From Malacoraja senta (taxonomy: Eukaryota): a stretch of 64,000 nucleotides of DNA. This document shows positions 27,845 through 41,730 of this stretch, one piece after another (position 1 is the stretch's first letter; each line of letters begins with the position of its first letter). Under the pieces are notes generated by a model. That model saw nothing but the letters and a program-made list of their open reading frames with translations. It was not told the DNA's origin and made no database searches. The stretch spans positions 26,352,001-26,416,000 of the forward strand of contig CM075987.1 in the NCBI GenBank assembly GCA_038087875.1, in the 5' to 3' direction. A program made the translations under genes and the position numbers.

Positions 27845-28432
27845 AACCCCTGTCCCACTTCAGAAACCTGAACGGAAACCTCTGGAGACCTTGTGCCCCA
27901 CCCAAGGTTTCCGTGAGGTTCCCGGAGGTTTTTATCAGTCTCCCTAATGGTCGAAAGTGGTTTCCGCTTCTTCTATGTTCTGGCGATTATTTCAAAAAAT
28001 TCAAAACCGGCCTCCACTAAAAATAGGTTGCCGTTTTAAAAATCGGTAATTTTTTAGTTGAAGCCGGTTGCGATGCTAGTTGAAGGTGGTTGTCGGAGGT
28101 TGCAGGTAGTGGAAGTTAAGTCCTCCCTGGTGGAATAAAACTGGGTGAAAAAAAAGGTCTTACCTTCCACCACCTGCAACCTCCGGCAACCACCTTCAAC
28201 TCGCATCGCAACCGGCTTAGACTAAAAAATTACCGATTTTTAAAACGCCAACCTATTTTTAGTCGCAGCCAGTTTTGAATTTTTTGAAATAATCGCCGGA
28301 ACATAGAAGAAGCGGAAACCACTTTCGACCATTAGGGAGACTGACAAAAACCTCCGGGAACCTCACGGAAACCTTGGGTGGGGCGCATGGTCTCGTGGTT
28401 TCCGTTCAGGTTTCCTAAGTGGGACAGGGGCA
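27845..28432. mobile_element. Palindromic Harbinger-type MITE (~275-bp arms, ~40-bp spacer)
   Basis: Arms can be read as near-perfect reverse complements; termini cccctgtcccactt / aagtgggacagggg; TTA/TAA flanks. Confidence 0.85.
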
Positions 28433-30528
28433 TAAGAATGCAATCCCATAACAATTATTATGAGATATCCCAGCCCTGGCATAAACAGAACGCATCAGCG
28501 ACAAGGTATAATAAATAGTCTTTCTCTTTTATTTAGTGCTCACCGCGGTGGCCTGGTACTGTGGCCACAGGATGAGAAGGACAATTTCAATATAGTTCAG
28601 TACGTACACTGTAACACACTGCCAGCTATTAAAAAACAGTTTATTGAAGCATACACATCTTAATTGTTGCCATTTTCTTTTTTTTTTCACATATTAACAG
28701 CACTGTGGAAAGTCTCAAGTTTGCTACATTAAAATATTACAAACACATCACACCTCAACAGCATAAGAATTAAAAAGGCAAGTTGACCAACAAACAACAT
28801 CCACAGGCAGAGTTTTTTTTTTCTTGTATTCAAACAGGTTAAATGATATCCAGCGATTCCACAAACCACGGGTCGGGACATTCAAATGCTCTTCATTTGA
28901 AACAAACCACTGGCTTATCCAGGACTCAACGTTATTTTCTTCGGAATCGTTCCGTTGTCCAGTTTCAAGTGAAGAGGTTAAAACTCAGTAAATAAAAGGG
29001 AGTTCTGAAAAGGTAACTGTTAGTACCGATGGTTGAATATAGCGAGATTTTAATTTTTTTTTTTTAGTATGACCTAAGGAATTGTAATAAGTGGTTTAAT
29101 TTTTACATTATGTCCAGCCTGCCCCTCTTTCATTCCAAATCTCCCTCTGATTTTGACCGAGCTGGATTCTTCACCCATAGCCAACACAATGGAACAAGTT
29201 ACCGAGCGGCGATAATCACAGTGGCGATAGTCCACTGAGTGTGGTGGTCAGACCAGCAATTCCCTCTGGTGTATTGGGTCACGCTGAACCAGTACAACAG
29301 ACCAACCATGAAAGTTATTGATCTGGGCATGCCTGTATCCGCCAACAGTATATTCTCGTGACCCTTCAGAGAAGCACAAGTTATGGCTGAATTCCAAGGT
29401 TACAGGATTGGGAGAGGCGCAATAAATGGGCAGAGGTCCTCAATAATAGTCTTCCCTATTTCTGCATGACATAGCAGGAGGCCGTTTAGCCCGTCTAGTC
29501 AATGCCAGATTGCAAAGCATTCCCGTCTTCCTCCGGTTTATTCCTGTCGTCCTTTCTCTCCACAACACCCCCAATTCCATCTACACTGAGTGCACATTCA
29601 CAATGGCCAGTTAACCTCCCAACCTGCCTGCCATTGTTGGGAACCTGAACACCTGAAGGAAATTCCAATTCAGTCAGAGTCATAGAGTGATTCATCGAGG
29701 AAACAGGCCCTTCAGCCCAATTTGCCCACACCGACCAAGATGTCCCAGCTACACTAGTCCCACCTGCCCATATCCCTCCATACCTGCCCCATCCATGCAC
29801 CTGCCAATTGATCCTTAAACGTTGCAAAAGTCCCTGCCTCAACTACCTCCTCCGGCAGCTCGTTCCATACACCCACCACCCATTGTGTGGAAAAATTGCC
29901 CCTCAGGTTCCTATTAAATCATTGCCCTCTCACCTTTAACTTGTGTCCTCTGGTTCTTGATTCCCCTCCCCTGAGTAAAGGACTGTGCATCCGCCCGATC
30001 CATTCCCCTCGTGGTTTTATACACCTCTATACAATCAAGAAGAATGTGACATCTCCATACCAACAGCAGCAGGAGTCAGGATCGAACCAATGTCGCTGGG
30101 GTGGAGGCAGTGGCTCTACCAGTGGCACCACTGTGTTACCCACTACCTATCTCGTTCAGTTGGCGCCCAGTCCTAAAACATACACTTGAGTAGCTTCTTC
30201 ACAATGCTTGACAAAGACAAGAACATTTTGCACAATACATCATCTGCTTTACAATCTCTTTTCATATACTTTGTATTTTTTTAAATAGCAAAAATATCCT
30301 TTCATTTGGCTGGGGTTTCCTATAATCAGCTACCATTGTGTTCAAGGTTGTGGTTTGATGAATATTTACATGCATTTAGCGGGAGGGGGGAGATTACACG
30401 TTAAAAACAATGATTGTAACTGACGTGATTTCGTTGAGTGAAAGGAAAGGATTTGAAGAGGGTTTTGTACAAGCCTGTAATTGTAAGGTAATCATTAATG
30501 AATTCAGTAAAGAATTTGGAAGACGTAA

Positions 30529-30839
30529 CGGGCCTGTCCCACTTGGCGATTTTTCAGGCAACTGCGGGCGACTGTCATAGTCGTAGCAGGTCGCCGAAAA
30601 AACGGTGACAACCTACGTTAACCTGGCGACAACCTACGACAGCACCTACGTCAGGAGAAGTCAAGCTACCCTCATTGGCGTCAAACCCACTGTTGCCGAA
30701 AATTTTTCAACATGTTCAACAATTTTCAACAAAAGACACTACGGCATTTTGCACGACTTTGAGGAGAGTACTCCTGGCGACCACCGACAAACTAGTCGCC
30801 TGTAGTTGCCTAAACAATCGCCCAAGTGGGACAGGCCCA
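30529..30839. mobile_element. Harbinger-type MITE, family D
   Basis: TIRs gggcctgtcccacttggcgat; perfect TAA TSD (30526-30528, 30840-30842). Confidence 0.82.
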
Positions 30840-32009
30840 TAACTCTATCCAAAGAATGGCGAAATGTGGAACAAACACAGAACTGTTGAGGCGACTCATG
30901 TTGGAATGGGTTTGTCGGGTGCACCGGTCAACAGTGAAAAAACTTTGTGTAGGAAGGAACTGCAGATGCTGGTTTAAATCGAAGATAAGACACAAAATGC
31001 TGGAGTAACTCAGCGAGACAGGAAGCATCTCTGGAGAGAAGGAATGGGCGATGTTTCGGGTCGAGACCCTTCTTCAACCCGTTGGTTTATACTGAAGATA
31101 GACACCAGGTGCTGGAGTAATTCAGTGGGACAGGCAACACCTCATCCTTTTTCTCCAGAGATGCTGCCTGATGCACTGAGTTACTCCAGCATTTTGTGTT
31201 CATCCTAGGTGAAAAACCTAATTTTAGTTGTTTAGTTTAGAGATACAGCGCGGACTTTGGCCCACCGGGTCCGCGTCGACCAGCGATCCCCGCACATTAA
31301 CACTATCCTACACCCACTAGGGACAAATTTTTACATTTACCAAGCCAATTGACCTACAAACCTGTACGTCTTTGGAGTGTGGGAGGAAACCGAAGATCTC
31401 GGAGAAACGCACGCAGTCACGGGAGAAAGTACAAACGCCGTACAGGCAGCGCCCGTAGTCGGGATCGAACCCGGGTCTCCGGCGCTGCATTCGCTGTAAG
31501 GCAGCAACTCTACTGCTGGGCCACCGTGACCGCCCTATGTACTATCTTTGCAAGTCACAACATATAGTAGCACTTCAAGGTGGCGCAAAAGAGAAGAGAA
31601 ACGGAATGAAGAATATAAATTCACAAGTTCCAGGAGCAAAATTAGGCCATTCGGCCCATCGAGTCTACTCCGCCATTCAATCATGGCCGATCCATCTTTT
31701 CCTCTCAACCCCATTCTCCTGCCTTCCCCCCGTAACCCCTGACATATTTACTAATCGAGTGTCACTAGTACGGCCTAAAATCTGAAATAGAGTATTAGAG
31801 TGTAGAGAAAGTGCAGATAATTTTTTTTAAAAAGTGAGTTCCATAACAAGGTAGATTGGAGGATTCATTATTCATCATTAGAACACGAGGAGTCCATTCA
31901 ACAATCTGGATAACGGCAGGGAAGAAGCTTTTCTTTTGTAAATCTGGTGCGTGCAAATGTTTGCCATATCTGTGCGATGGAAGGCTGATCATGGTGTGGG
32001 CGGGTATTT

Positions 32010-32325
32010 TAGTTTAGTTTAGAGATATGGCGTGGAAACTGGCCCTTCGGCCCACCGGGTCCGCGCTGACCAGCGATCCCCGCACACTAACACTATCCTA
32101 CACACACTAGGGACAATTTACATTTATACCAAGCCAATTAACCTACAAACCTGTACGTCTTTGGAGTGAGGGTGGAAACCGCAGATCTCGGGGAAAACCC
32201 ACGCAGGTCACGGGGAGAACGTACAAACTCCGTACAGACAGCACCCGCAGTCGGGATCGAACCCGGGTCTCCGGCGCTACATGCCCTGTAAGGCAGCAAC
32301 TCTACCGCTGCGCCACCGTGACGCC
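32010..32325 (-). mobile_element. HE1-like SINE, full length (similar copies at 31225-31535, 39845-40135, 47380-47700, 50985-51290, 57888-58190)
   Basis: Reverse-strand A-box, B-box, V-domain and (CTAAA)n tail. Confidence 0.88.
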
Positions 32326-33346
32326 CATGTTCTCGGTTTGGATATTTAATTCCAACTCCAATCGAGGTTTATTTGGAAAATTGCCAGTTACTACAGGCAA
32401 GACTACACCAGAGAGGGACAGGCAGCGTCTCTGGAGAGAAGGAATGGGTGACATTTCGGGTCGAGACCCTTCTTCAGTCTGAGAGTCAGGGGAAAGGGAT
32501 ACTGGAGATATGGAAGGGTAAGGTGCGAAAAGGACAGATCAAAGCAGACGATGCTCAAGGAAATGTCGAATGGTTCATTGTTGGACAACGAGGCCAACAA
32601 CGGCCTGTTTCCTTTATCAGCGTTAATTATTTGCATATCTTTCATTCATTTGTTCTATACCTCTCTACATCACCGTCTATATCTCTCGTTTTCCTTTCCC
32701 GCTGACTCTCAGTCTGAAGGAGGGTCTCGACCCGAAACATCGCCCATTCCTCCTCTCCAGGGACGCTGCCTGTCCCGCTGAGTTACCCCAGCATGTTGTG
32801 TCTATCTTCGGTTGAAAACCAGCATCTGCAGTTCCTTCAAGTTCAAGTTCAAGTTTGCTGTCACTTAACCAAGTAAGGTGCAGTGAAATGTCAATTACCA
32901 TACACACCAACCACCAGAGTACAAGTGTGAATTAATGATCCCTTCAGGTAGAACTTCTCTTCAAAATAGCCCTTGAAAACAGCTTCCCCCCTCTACTGCC
33001 CAATTTCTCAGCCTGCTTTGTGCGTAGAATTTACACCCTTCCCTCGACACTTCTGAATCTAGGCAGTCGTCAGTTTTCTTTTTACACATGCACAACATTT
33101 TAAATAAGGCAGCAATTAAACCGCGGATTCTAGTTACTCATTTTACTACGTATGGCTCTTAAGTGATGATTAGCTTCCAGTGGAGTGCTTCATTTTCTCA
33201 CCCACATAATGGTATGAGGCATGCCATCAATAATTGAACAGAGATAGCACTACCTGCTTTTAATGTGGCTGAAAGTGATCGCACCAACATGAATTATTAT
33301 CATCTGAGGCAGAACTTTTGCTGCTGTAAAACTACACCCTATCTAC

Positions 33347-33886
33347 AACGCTACACTTGTCGCTTTACCTCCCCCCCCTCGACTCCATCCAAGGACCCAA
33401 GCAGTCTTTCCAGGTGAGGCAGAGGTTCACCTGCACCTCCTCCAACCTCATCTATTGCATCCGCTGTTCTAGGTGTCAGCTGCTCTACATCGGTGAGACC
33501 AAGCGCAGGCTTGGCGATCGCTTTGCCCAACACCTCCACACAGTGTGCATTAACGAGCCCGATCTCCCGGTGGCTCAGCACTTCAACTCCCCCTCCCATT
33601 CTGTATCCAACCTTTCTGTCCTGGGCCTCCTCCATGGCCAGAGTGAGGCCCACTGCAAATTGGAGGAGCAGCACCTCATATTTTGCTTGGGTGGTTTACA
33701 CCCCAGCGCTATGAACATTGACTTCTCCAATTTCAGGTAGTCCTTGCTTTCTCCCTCCTTCCCCTCCCCTTCCCAGCTCTCCCACAGCCCACTGTCTCCG
33801 CCTCTTCCTTTCTTCTTCCCGCCCCCCCCCCTCCCACCCCCACATCAGTCTGAAGAAGGGTCTCGACCCGAAACGTCGCCTATTTC
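33347..33886 (+). mobile_element. Penelope-like element 3' fragment with GIY-YIG endonuclease domain
   Basis: FTCTSSNLIYCIRCSRCQLLYIGETKRRLGDRFAQH...VAQHFN...EQHLIFCLGGLHPSAMN is a GIY-YIG signature; 12-bp TSD caccctatctac (33335-33346 / 33887-33898). Confidence 0.92.
33850..33877 (+). ncRNA. Minimal hammerhead ribozyme motif 110 bp downstream of the PLE GIY-YIG ORF
   Basis: CTGAAGA-A-GGGTC-TC-GACCC-GAAA-CGTC: complete catalytic-core nucleotides, 5-bp stem II, palindromic ACGT stem III. Stem I is weak. Confidence 0.65.
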
Positions 33887-36689
33887 CACCCTATCTACTC
33901 CAAAGTCTGAGCTGTTCAAAAGCCGTCTTCTGGAAAAGCATTTGAAAGCAGCAAAGGGCTGAAGGGTCAGAGAGAGACTTGGAATTGTTAAGCAACTTTC
34001 ACAGTTGTCAGATGTCCCAAACTGTATTGCCATCAAAGATAGACACAACAAGCTGGAGTAACTCAGCGGGTCAGACAGCATCTCTGGAGATAAAGGAACA
34101 GGTGATGTTTTGGGTCAAGACCCTTCTTCAGACAATCAAGTGTTGTGAAGTGGATAAGTTAGCTGTCAGAAAACCTCTGCCAACCTAGTTGCCAGCAAAC
34201 CCAAATGATAATATGATTACAACCAAATAAATCATACAGTGATATGAATTATCCCGCACCTCATGTTTCGCTTGGGCAGCTTACAACTCAGCGGCATGAG
34301 TAACGACTTCTCTAACTTCACTTAACCCTTGCATTCCCTCTCTCTCCATCCCTCCCCCACCTTAGTCCTCTCGCTAATTTCACCGTTTGTATTCATTCGT
34401 TATCACCTCGTCCCCAACCAACAATGGAGCATTGTGGGCTCCACCCTTCTGGAGTCATTGGTGCGGGTTCTGCTTTGTCCTGTACCTTCCCATACCTCTA
34501 GTTTCCCCCTCCACTGACTCTCAGCCCGATGAAAGGGTCTTGACCCAAAACGTCGCCCATTCCTTTCCTCCAGAGATACCGCCTGGCTCGTTGAGCTACT
34601 CCAGGCACTTTGTGCCTATCTTCGGTGTAAACCAGCATCTGCAGTTCCTTCTTACACAAATCATACAGTGATTTTGGTGGAGGGATAAATGTTGGCTTGG
34701 GCAGAATAAAGCATGTCCCTGTAAATTTCCCAATTCACCAGCCTGAAAAGGCTCAGTCTGAAGAAGGGTTTCGGCCCGAAACGTTGCCTATTTCCTTCGC
34801 TCCATAGATGCTGCCTCACCCGCTGAGTTTCTCCAGCACTTTTGTCCACCAAGTCATCTGGTACATTAGTTTGAAAAGGATTTATACTTGGGTTTTACAA
34901 GGATCTACATTTCACACTGCCTCAGCAAGGCCACCAGCATAATCAAGGAGCAGTCTCATGGAGATACAGAAACTTGTAAACGCATACCTCCAGATTCTGG
35001 AAGAATTTCTTCCCAGCTGTTATCAGGCAATGGAACAGTTCCCTCGCCAGCTAGAGAGCTCTCCTGACCTCCCATCTACCTTACTAGACACCTTTGAACC
35101 ATCTTTAATCACACTTCATCCTACATGTTTAATGTCTTAAATGTTGTATCCTTCGTTCTTTATCTGTGCACTGTGGACGGCTCGATTGTATCCATGGACA
35201 TTTCTTTTCTTGTGGCTGCCAAGTGTCTTTTCAATGTCGAAAGGTAGACACAAAATGCTGGAGTAACTCAGCGGAACAGGCAGCATCTCTGCAGAGGAGG
35301 AATGGGTGACCTTTCGGGTCGGGTGACCCGATCCAGACTGAGAGTCGAGGGAGAGGGAGACACAGAGATAAGGAAGGGTAAGGTGTGAAATCGAGACATC
35401 AAAGGAGATGAGACCAAGGAAATTGTAGAACAGATCATTGGTAGCTAGGAGAAGGTGACAACGAAGCATGCAGAGATAAAAAATTAATCAGGGGATCAGT
35501 CAGACTGGTTGGACAACTGGGAAGGAAGAGAGATGGGGAGAGAGGGAAAGCAAGGTAATGTTGTTATAGTGCCTGCCTCAACTACCTCAATTAGCTCATT
35601 CTATATACCCATCACCATCTGTGTGAAAATTTTGCCCCTCAGGTTCCCAGTAAATCATTCCCCTCTCACCTCTGGTTCTTGACTCCCCTAGCATATTTAT
35701 TCTCCTTTTATACACCGCTGTAAGATCACCCCTCACCCTTCTGCGCTCCATGGATTAAAGTCCTAGCCTGCCCAATCTCTCTTTTTCTAGCCCAGGGCCT
35801 CAATGTCTGGCAACATCCTCGTAAATCTTCCCTGCACCATGCCCAGCTTAATAACATCCTTGCTACAGCAGGGTGGCCAAAACTGAACACAATACTTCAA
35901 ATGCGGCCTCACCAACCTCTCGTACAACTGCAACAAGACGATTAACATTTGGAATAAAAGAATGGCAAGAACTGACGCAAGAATGAATCATTTAGCCACA
36001 CTTCCATGTTCATCCATTCAATGAGACCACGCAAGATTTACTGCCCTAACCTTTTCCATAGCTATCTCTCTGGAACTAACTCTGTTCCATAACTATCAAA
36101 ATATCTCCCATTGAATAACATTACAGACGATGCCCAATTTGACATTCATGTCTACTACTCAAATATATATCTCTCTATAAGATCAACTCCTCACCCTTCT
36201 GCAGTCCTAACCTACCCAATCTCCCTTTATAGGTCAGGCCCTCAAGATGGGGAGAAGGCAGGAGAATGGGATTAGGAGGGAGAGATAAATCAGCCATGAA
36301 TGAATGGCGGAGTAGACCTGATGGGCCGAATGGCCCGATTTTGCTCTTATCGCATGATCTTATGAAAACGTCACCTATCCATGTTCTCCAGGGGTGCTGC
36401 CAGACCCCGCTGGATTACTCCAGCACTTTGTGTCTTTTTATTTTGTAAACCAGCACCTGCAGTTTCTTGTTTCTGCTCTCTGTTTTAGGAGCAGGGAGGG
36501 AAGTGGAGGAAATAAAATAATTGACTGTGTAGGAAGGAACTGCAGATGCTGGTTTAAACTGAAGATAGACACAAAACGCTGGAGTTACTCAGCGGGACAG
36601 GCAGCATCTCTGGGTTGAAGGAATGGGTGACATTTCGGGTCGAGACCCTACTTCAGACTGGTCTTCAGTCTTCTTCTTTCTTAACATCC

Positions 36690-37140
36690 CACTCAACAAG
36701 CTCATCATGAAGGCTGGCTCCATCCTGCGGGTGGAGTTGGATTCATTGGAGGTGGTCTTGGAAGGGAGGATGCTCCTCAAACTGCAGAGCATCCTGGACA
36801 ATACAGCTCACCCCCTCCGTGACACACTGGTCAACCTGAGGAGCACCTTCAGCAAAAGACTGGTTCCACCCAGATGCAGCACAGAACGCCACAGGAGATC
36901 CTTCTTCCCTGTAGTTATCAAACTGTACAACTCCTCCTCCCCCTTCTGTCGTGGGGTAGACTGACTACCCCCCCCCCCTCCCACCCCCTCCACAATATTT
37001 GCACATCCCCAATCCTGGACTTTCCACTCGTCACTTTAATTTCATGTTTCATGTATCTTGCTGTGTTTTTATGACTGTTGGCAGATCAATTTCACTCCTG
37101 GGATCAATAAAGTTCTATCGTATCGTATCATCATCGTATC
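36690..37140 (+). mobile_element. Rex1/Babar LINE 3' end (second family; also 49600-49870 on - and 50400-50828 on +)
   Basis: LNKLI.KAGSILRVELDSLE...ILDNTAHPL...RCSTERHRRSFFPVVIKLYN; tail aataaagttc(tatcg)n. Confidence 0.85.
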
Positions 37141-40100
37141 GTTCTTTCCGCCAAGGTGAATATTGTCCTTATTTAATCATCCCAGAGAAATGTGAGTCAT
37201 GGGTCGGGAAGGTGTGAGAAGGGAAGCAATGTCACTGAACAAGGACTCCGTCAACTTAAGCAAATGGGATGTGTTAGATACACAAGCACTCGATTTTTAC
37301 TTTTTATGTATTTTCGTAAAGAATGCCACATCGTCGCCAAATAGATGACGACAGTTCACAAATTAAAGCTTTGCATTAGAAAGGTTTAAAGTTATGGCCA
37401 GCGTTATAAACATGAGAGAGGCGTAATGAAAACTGAAGGCAGACCCAAAGTAACTCAGCGGGTCGGGCAGCATCTCTGGAGACAATGGAAGAGGTGATGG
37501 AACTCTTCTTCAGACTGAAGGTGGGGGGAGGTAGGGAAAGGCCAGAACAAATCAGGGAAGGGTGGAGCCCACAATGGTCCATTGTTGGCTGGGGAGGACA
37601 TGAATAAGGAAGGGATACACGAATGCAAACAGTGAGGCCAGTAGGACGACTAGGGTTGGGGGGAGGGAGAGGGGTACTTGAAATGAGAGAATTCAGTGTT
37701 TAATTGAATCCTGGACCAGAGCATATGCTGGTTGAATCATTCCTGCAGGCTGCTGGGTTTTTAAAATCATAGCGGGGATAATGCCCCATTGTTTGTGTTG
37801 CAAAGATAGACACCAAGTGCTGGAGTAACTCAGCGGGACAGGCAGCATCTCTGGAGGGAAGGAATGGGTGACGTGTTGGGTTGAGATCCTTCTTCAGAGT
37901 CAGGGGAGAGGGAGACACGGAGATATGGAAGGGTAAAGGTGTGAAAATGACAGATCAAAGGGGACGAAGGTCAAGGAAAATGTAGAATGGAACATTGTTG
38001 GGTGAGGGCAAAAGACAATAGACAATAAGCGCAGGAGTAGGCCATTCGGCCCTTCGAGCCAGCACCGCCATTCAATGTGATCATGGTTGATCATCCCCAA
38101 TCAGTAAAATCTAATCAGTAGGACAGTAGAAACTAGTTGGAGAACTAGGATGGGGGAGGGATGGAGAGAGGGGGAAAGCGAGGGTCATTTGTAGTTACAT
38201 GTTGGAGTAACTTAGCAGGACAGGCACTTTTTATAACTCTGTTGGTGCCTTTATGGCAAATCCTTTGTGTACTTTGCATGCAAAAACAAAAAGTTCCACT
38301 GCACCTAGCTAGGTACAAGTGACAATAAATTATTATCATCTTCATCATCATATCGCTGGGTCGTAAGCTGTCCAAACTCAGATTTATTGTACCAAACTCT
38401 CTGGGGCTTCATAGGTTGGTCGCACAGGTGATAGATTCATAGGTCATAATGTCCCAGGATCAAAGACATAGAAACATAGACAATAGGTGCAGGAGGAGGC
38501 CATTCGGCCCTTCGAGCCAGCACCGCCATTCAATATGATCATGGCTGATCATCCACAACCAGTACCCCGTTCCTGCTTTCTCCCCATTTCCCATTAGCCC
38601 TCAGAACTATATCTAACTCTTGAATACATCCAGTGAATTGGCCTCCTGTGGTATTTAATTCCACAGTCTCGCAACTCTCCGGGTGAAAAAGGTTTTTCCT
38701 CATCTCAGTCGTAAATGGCCTACCCCTTAATCTGAAACTGTGACCCCTGGTTCTGGACACCCCCAACATCGGGAACATTTTTCCTACATCTAGCCTGTCC
38801 ACTCCCTTGGGAATTTTATATGTATTCACATGTCTCAAATAGTAAGGGCGGGGAAGGTCTTGGTGGTGGTGTTGGGGTGGAACAGACAGAAGCACTGAAT
38901 CCCTGCCAGGAGTTACATATCAGAATTGAAGCAGTCAGAGGCCATATTAATCTCCACTCACCTAAGAGAGGAGAGACCAAAAGCAAATGGAATAATTGAT
39001 ATTCATAGAGTGATACAGCGTGGAAACAGGCCCTTCGGCCCAACTCGCCCACACCGGCCAACAATGTCCCAGCTACCCTAGTCCCACTTGCCTGCGTTTG
39101 GTCTGTAACCCTCCAAACCTGTCCTATCCTTGTGCCTGTCCAACTGTTTCTTAAACGATACGATAGTCCCAGCCTCAACCACCTCCTTCTATGAAATAAT
39201 TAAATAAAACTACGAGCAAACAATCCTTTCGAGGTACATAGTTCCGTGAAAGTGGCCTTACCAATAGACAGGGAGTGTTGTAGAGCAGAGTATAGGGACA
39301 TCGTTCCTCGAAAGTAAAATAATTTAAAAAAATGATAGGAATGCATTGGCAATCACCTTCTGAAATAAAAAAGACAGTTTATCGTTCGACATGATGAGGA
39401 ATCGAACCTAGAACTGTCTGCGATGTTGAGCTAGGGGCTGTTGTTCTGCTCTCAACTCTGTCTTTTCAACAGAGAATACAGAGAAAACCTTCACATTTTA
39501 TTTGAGGGCGAGAAAAAAAAATCCATCAGCTTCTGATTCATGAAGTAAAATAGGTTTGTGTTGAATTATTAAGTCAGTGGACGGCTTTTAAACATCTGCA
39601 CACCATTAATCAAAGAGTGAGGGGTAAACACTGTCAAATTATCAGACTTTATTTCTCAATTTACGCGCCGACCTCTGGCCCCTTTCATGGGAGGGATTTT
39701 TTCCCCTCCCCCCTGATAGTTAACCAACGCTGAGTCAATATCTCCGAAGACGCTGTTTAATTTTTAATCCAAGAGCTCGGCGGATGGAGGGTTATTCACC
39801 GCACTATCCTGTGGCGACATTCTCTAGTTCAATTTCGTTTCGTTTTTAGTTTAAAGACACAGTGCCGAAACTGGCCCTTCGGCCCACCGAGTCCGCGCTG
39901 ACCAGCGATCCCCGCACGCTAACACCGCCCTACACACACTGGGGACAATTTTACACATTTACACCAAGCCAATTAACCTACACACCTGCACGTCCTTTGG
40001 AGTGTGAAGGGGGGACCTAAGATCTCGGAGAAAACCCACGCAGGTCACGGGGAGAACGGACAAACTCCGTACAGACAGTGCCCCGATTTGGGACGGAACC

Positions 40101-40326
40101 CGGGTCTCCGGCGCTCTACCGCTGCGCCACGGTGGCTGTCTATGACTCCAGAATGATTTTTTCCCCTGATTATTTAGTTCCACAGACAACCATTTTAAGA
40201 GGGCTACTCGACCCACGGCTTGATGCCAGTTCAACGTGACTATTGAGGGAAATGCTTGTTGGTGTTTTAAAGTGCTCCCTGATTCCAGTCCGACAGTGCT
40301 AATGGATGGGCAGGATTAAATTACTC

Positions 40327-40543
40327 CGAGATAGACACAAAAAGCTGGAGTAACTCAGCGGGACAGGCAGCATCTCCGGGAGAGAAGGAATGGGTGACGT
40401 TTCGGGTAGAGACCCTTCTTCAGACTCAGACCCGAAACGTCACCCATTCCTTCTCTCCAGAGATGCTGCCCGTCCCGCTGAGTTACTCCAGATTTTTGCG
40501 TCTATCTCACGTTTAAACCAGCATCTGCAGTTCCTTCCCACAC
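40327..40543. mobile_element. Fold-back PLE-end unit (inverted hammerhead-bearing tails) with 12-bp TSD
   Basis: Arms 40327-40405 and ~40428-40510 are reverse complements; TSD attaaattactc (40315-40326 / 40544-40555). Confidence 0.8.
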
Positions 40544-40711
40544 ATTAAATTACTCGTAATTCTGCATTCCCCCCAACTTCAGTAAACCCTCACCTTTAAC
40601 TTCCAACAAAACTCTGCATGTTCTCCTCCCGCTTGCCATTTCCTTATTCCTTAATAATTTAAAAATTGTTTATATTCCACTTACTTCAGTGGAAGCATAT
40701 CTTTTTTTTAA

Positions 40712-41366
40712 TGTGTGCGTGTGAGTGTGAGTGTGCGTGCATGTGTGTGTGCGTGTGTGTGTGTGCGAGTGTGTGTGTGTGCGTGTTTGTGCATGCGTGT
40801 GAGTGTGTCTGAGTGTGTGTGTGCATGTGTGTGAGTGCGTGTGTGCATGTGTGTGTGTGCGTGTGTGAGTGCGTGTGAGTGTGTGAGCGTGCGTGTGTGT
40901 GTGTGTGCATGTGAGTGTATGTGTGTGAATGTGTGAGTGTGTGAGCGTGCGTGTGTGTGTGTGTGCGTGTGTGAGTGCTTGTGAGTGTACGTGTGTGTGT
41001 GTGTGTGCATGTGAGTGTATGTGTGTGAATGTGTGAGTGTGTGCGCGCGTGTGTGTGTGAGCGTGTGTGCGCGTGTGTGTGTGAGTGTGCGCGCGTGCGT
41101 GTGTGAGTGTGTGTGTGCGCGTGTGTGTGTGTGTGCGCGTGTGTGTGTGCACGTGTGTGTGAGTGTGTGTGCGCATGTGTGTGAGTGTGTGCGTGTGTGC
41201 ATGTGTGTGTGTGCATGTGTGAGTGCGTGTGAGTGTGCGTGTGTGTATGTGCATGTGAGTGTATGTGTGTGAGTGTGTGAGTGTGTGCGCGCGTGTGTGT
41301 GTGAGTGTGTGTGCACGTGTGTGTGTGAGTGTGTGCGCGCGTGTGTGTGTGTGAGCGTGTGTGTGT
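40712..41366. repeat. Complex (TG)n/(GTGA)/(GCGT) microsatellite, ~650 bp, downstream of the BRINP1 stop
   Basis: Direct reading of alternating purine-pyrimidine repeats. Confidence 0.97.
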
Positions 41367-41634
41367 TATATGTGTTATATCTTCTGTACAAATCCGTGCT
41401 AGTTACCAGCTAGCCTGTGTGTAAATTTTGGAACGGCAGTAATCGGGAACAAACATTCTCTGCTCCCGCACACATCCACGGAAGGACTGCAAAGGTGCCC
41501 TCCTCTGAAGGGATATGAAACATGCTTGGACGGATTGATTTGCGGAAATCCCCCACTCTCCCCCCCCTATCGACTCCTTGCCTTTCCACAAGAAATCGCT
41601 TTGCGTGTTTCCGTGTTTTCCGTGTACCCCCCCA

Positions 41635-41636
<2 letters not shown>

Positions 41637-41677
<41 letters not shown>

Positions 41678-41700
41678 TTCTTGTTGTGTTGTTGTTGTGT
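41637..41700. repeat. (TTTC)n/(TTG)n microsatellite in the proximal BRINP1 3' UTR
   Basis: Direct reading. Confidence 0.9.
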
Positions 41701-41730
41701 TTGCCGCTGTACAAGTCCTGTCGGTGAGTG

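Noticed and set aside
40670..41391. His/Thr-rich ORFs of 176-227 aa
   Set aside because: Translation artefacts of the (CA)n microsatellite.
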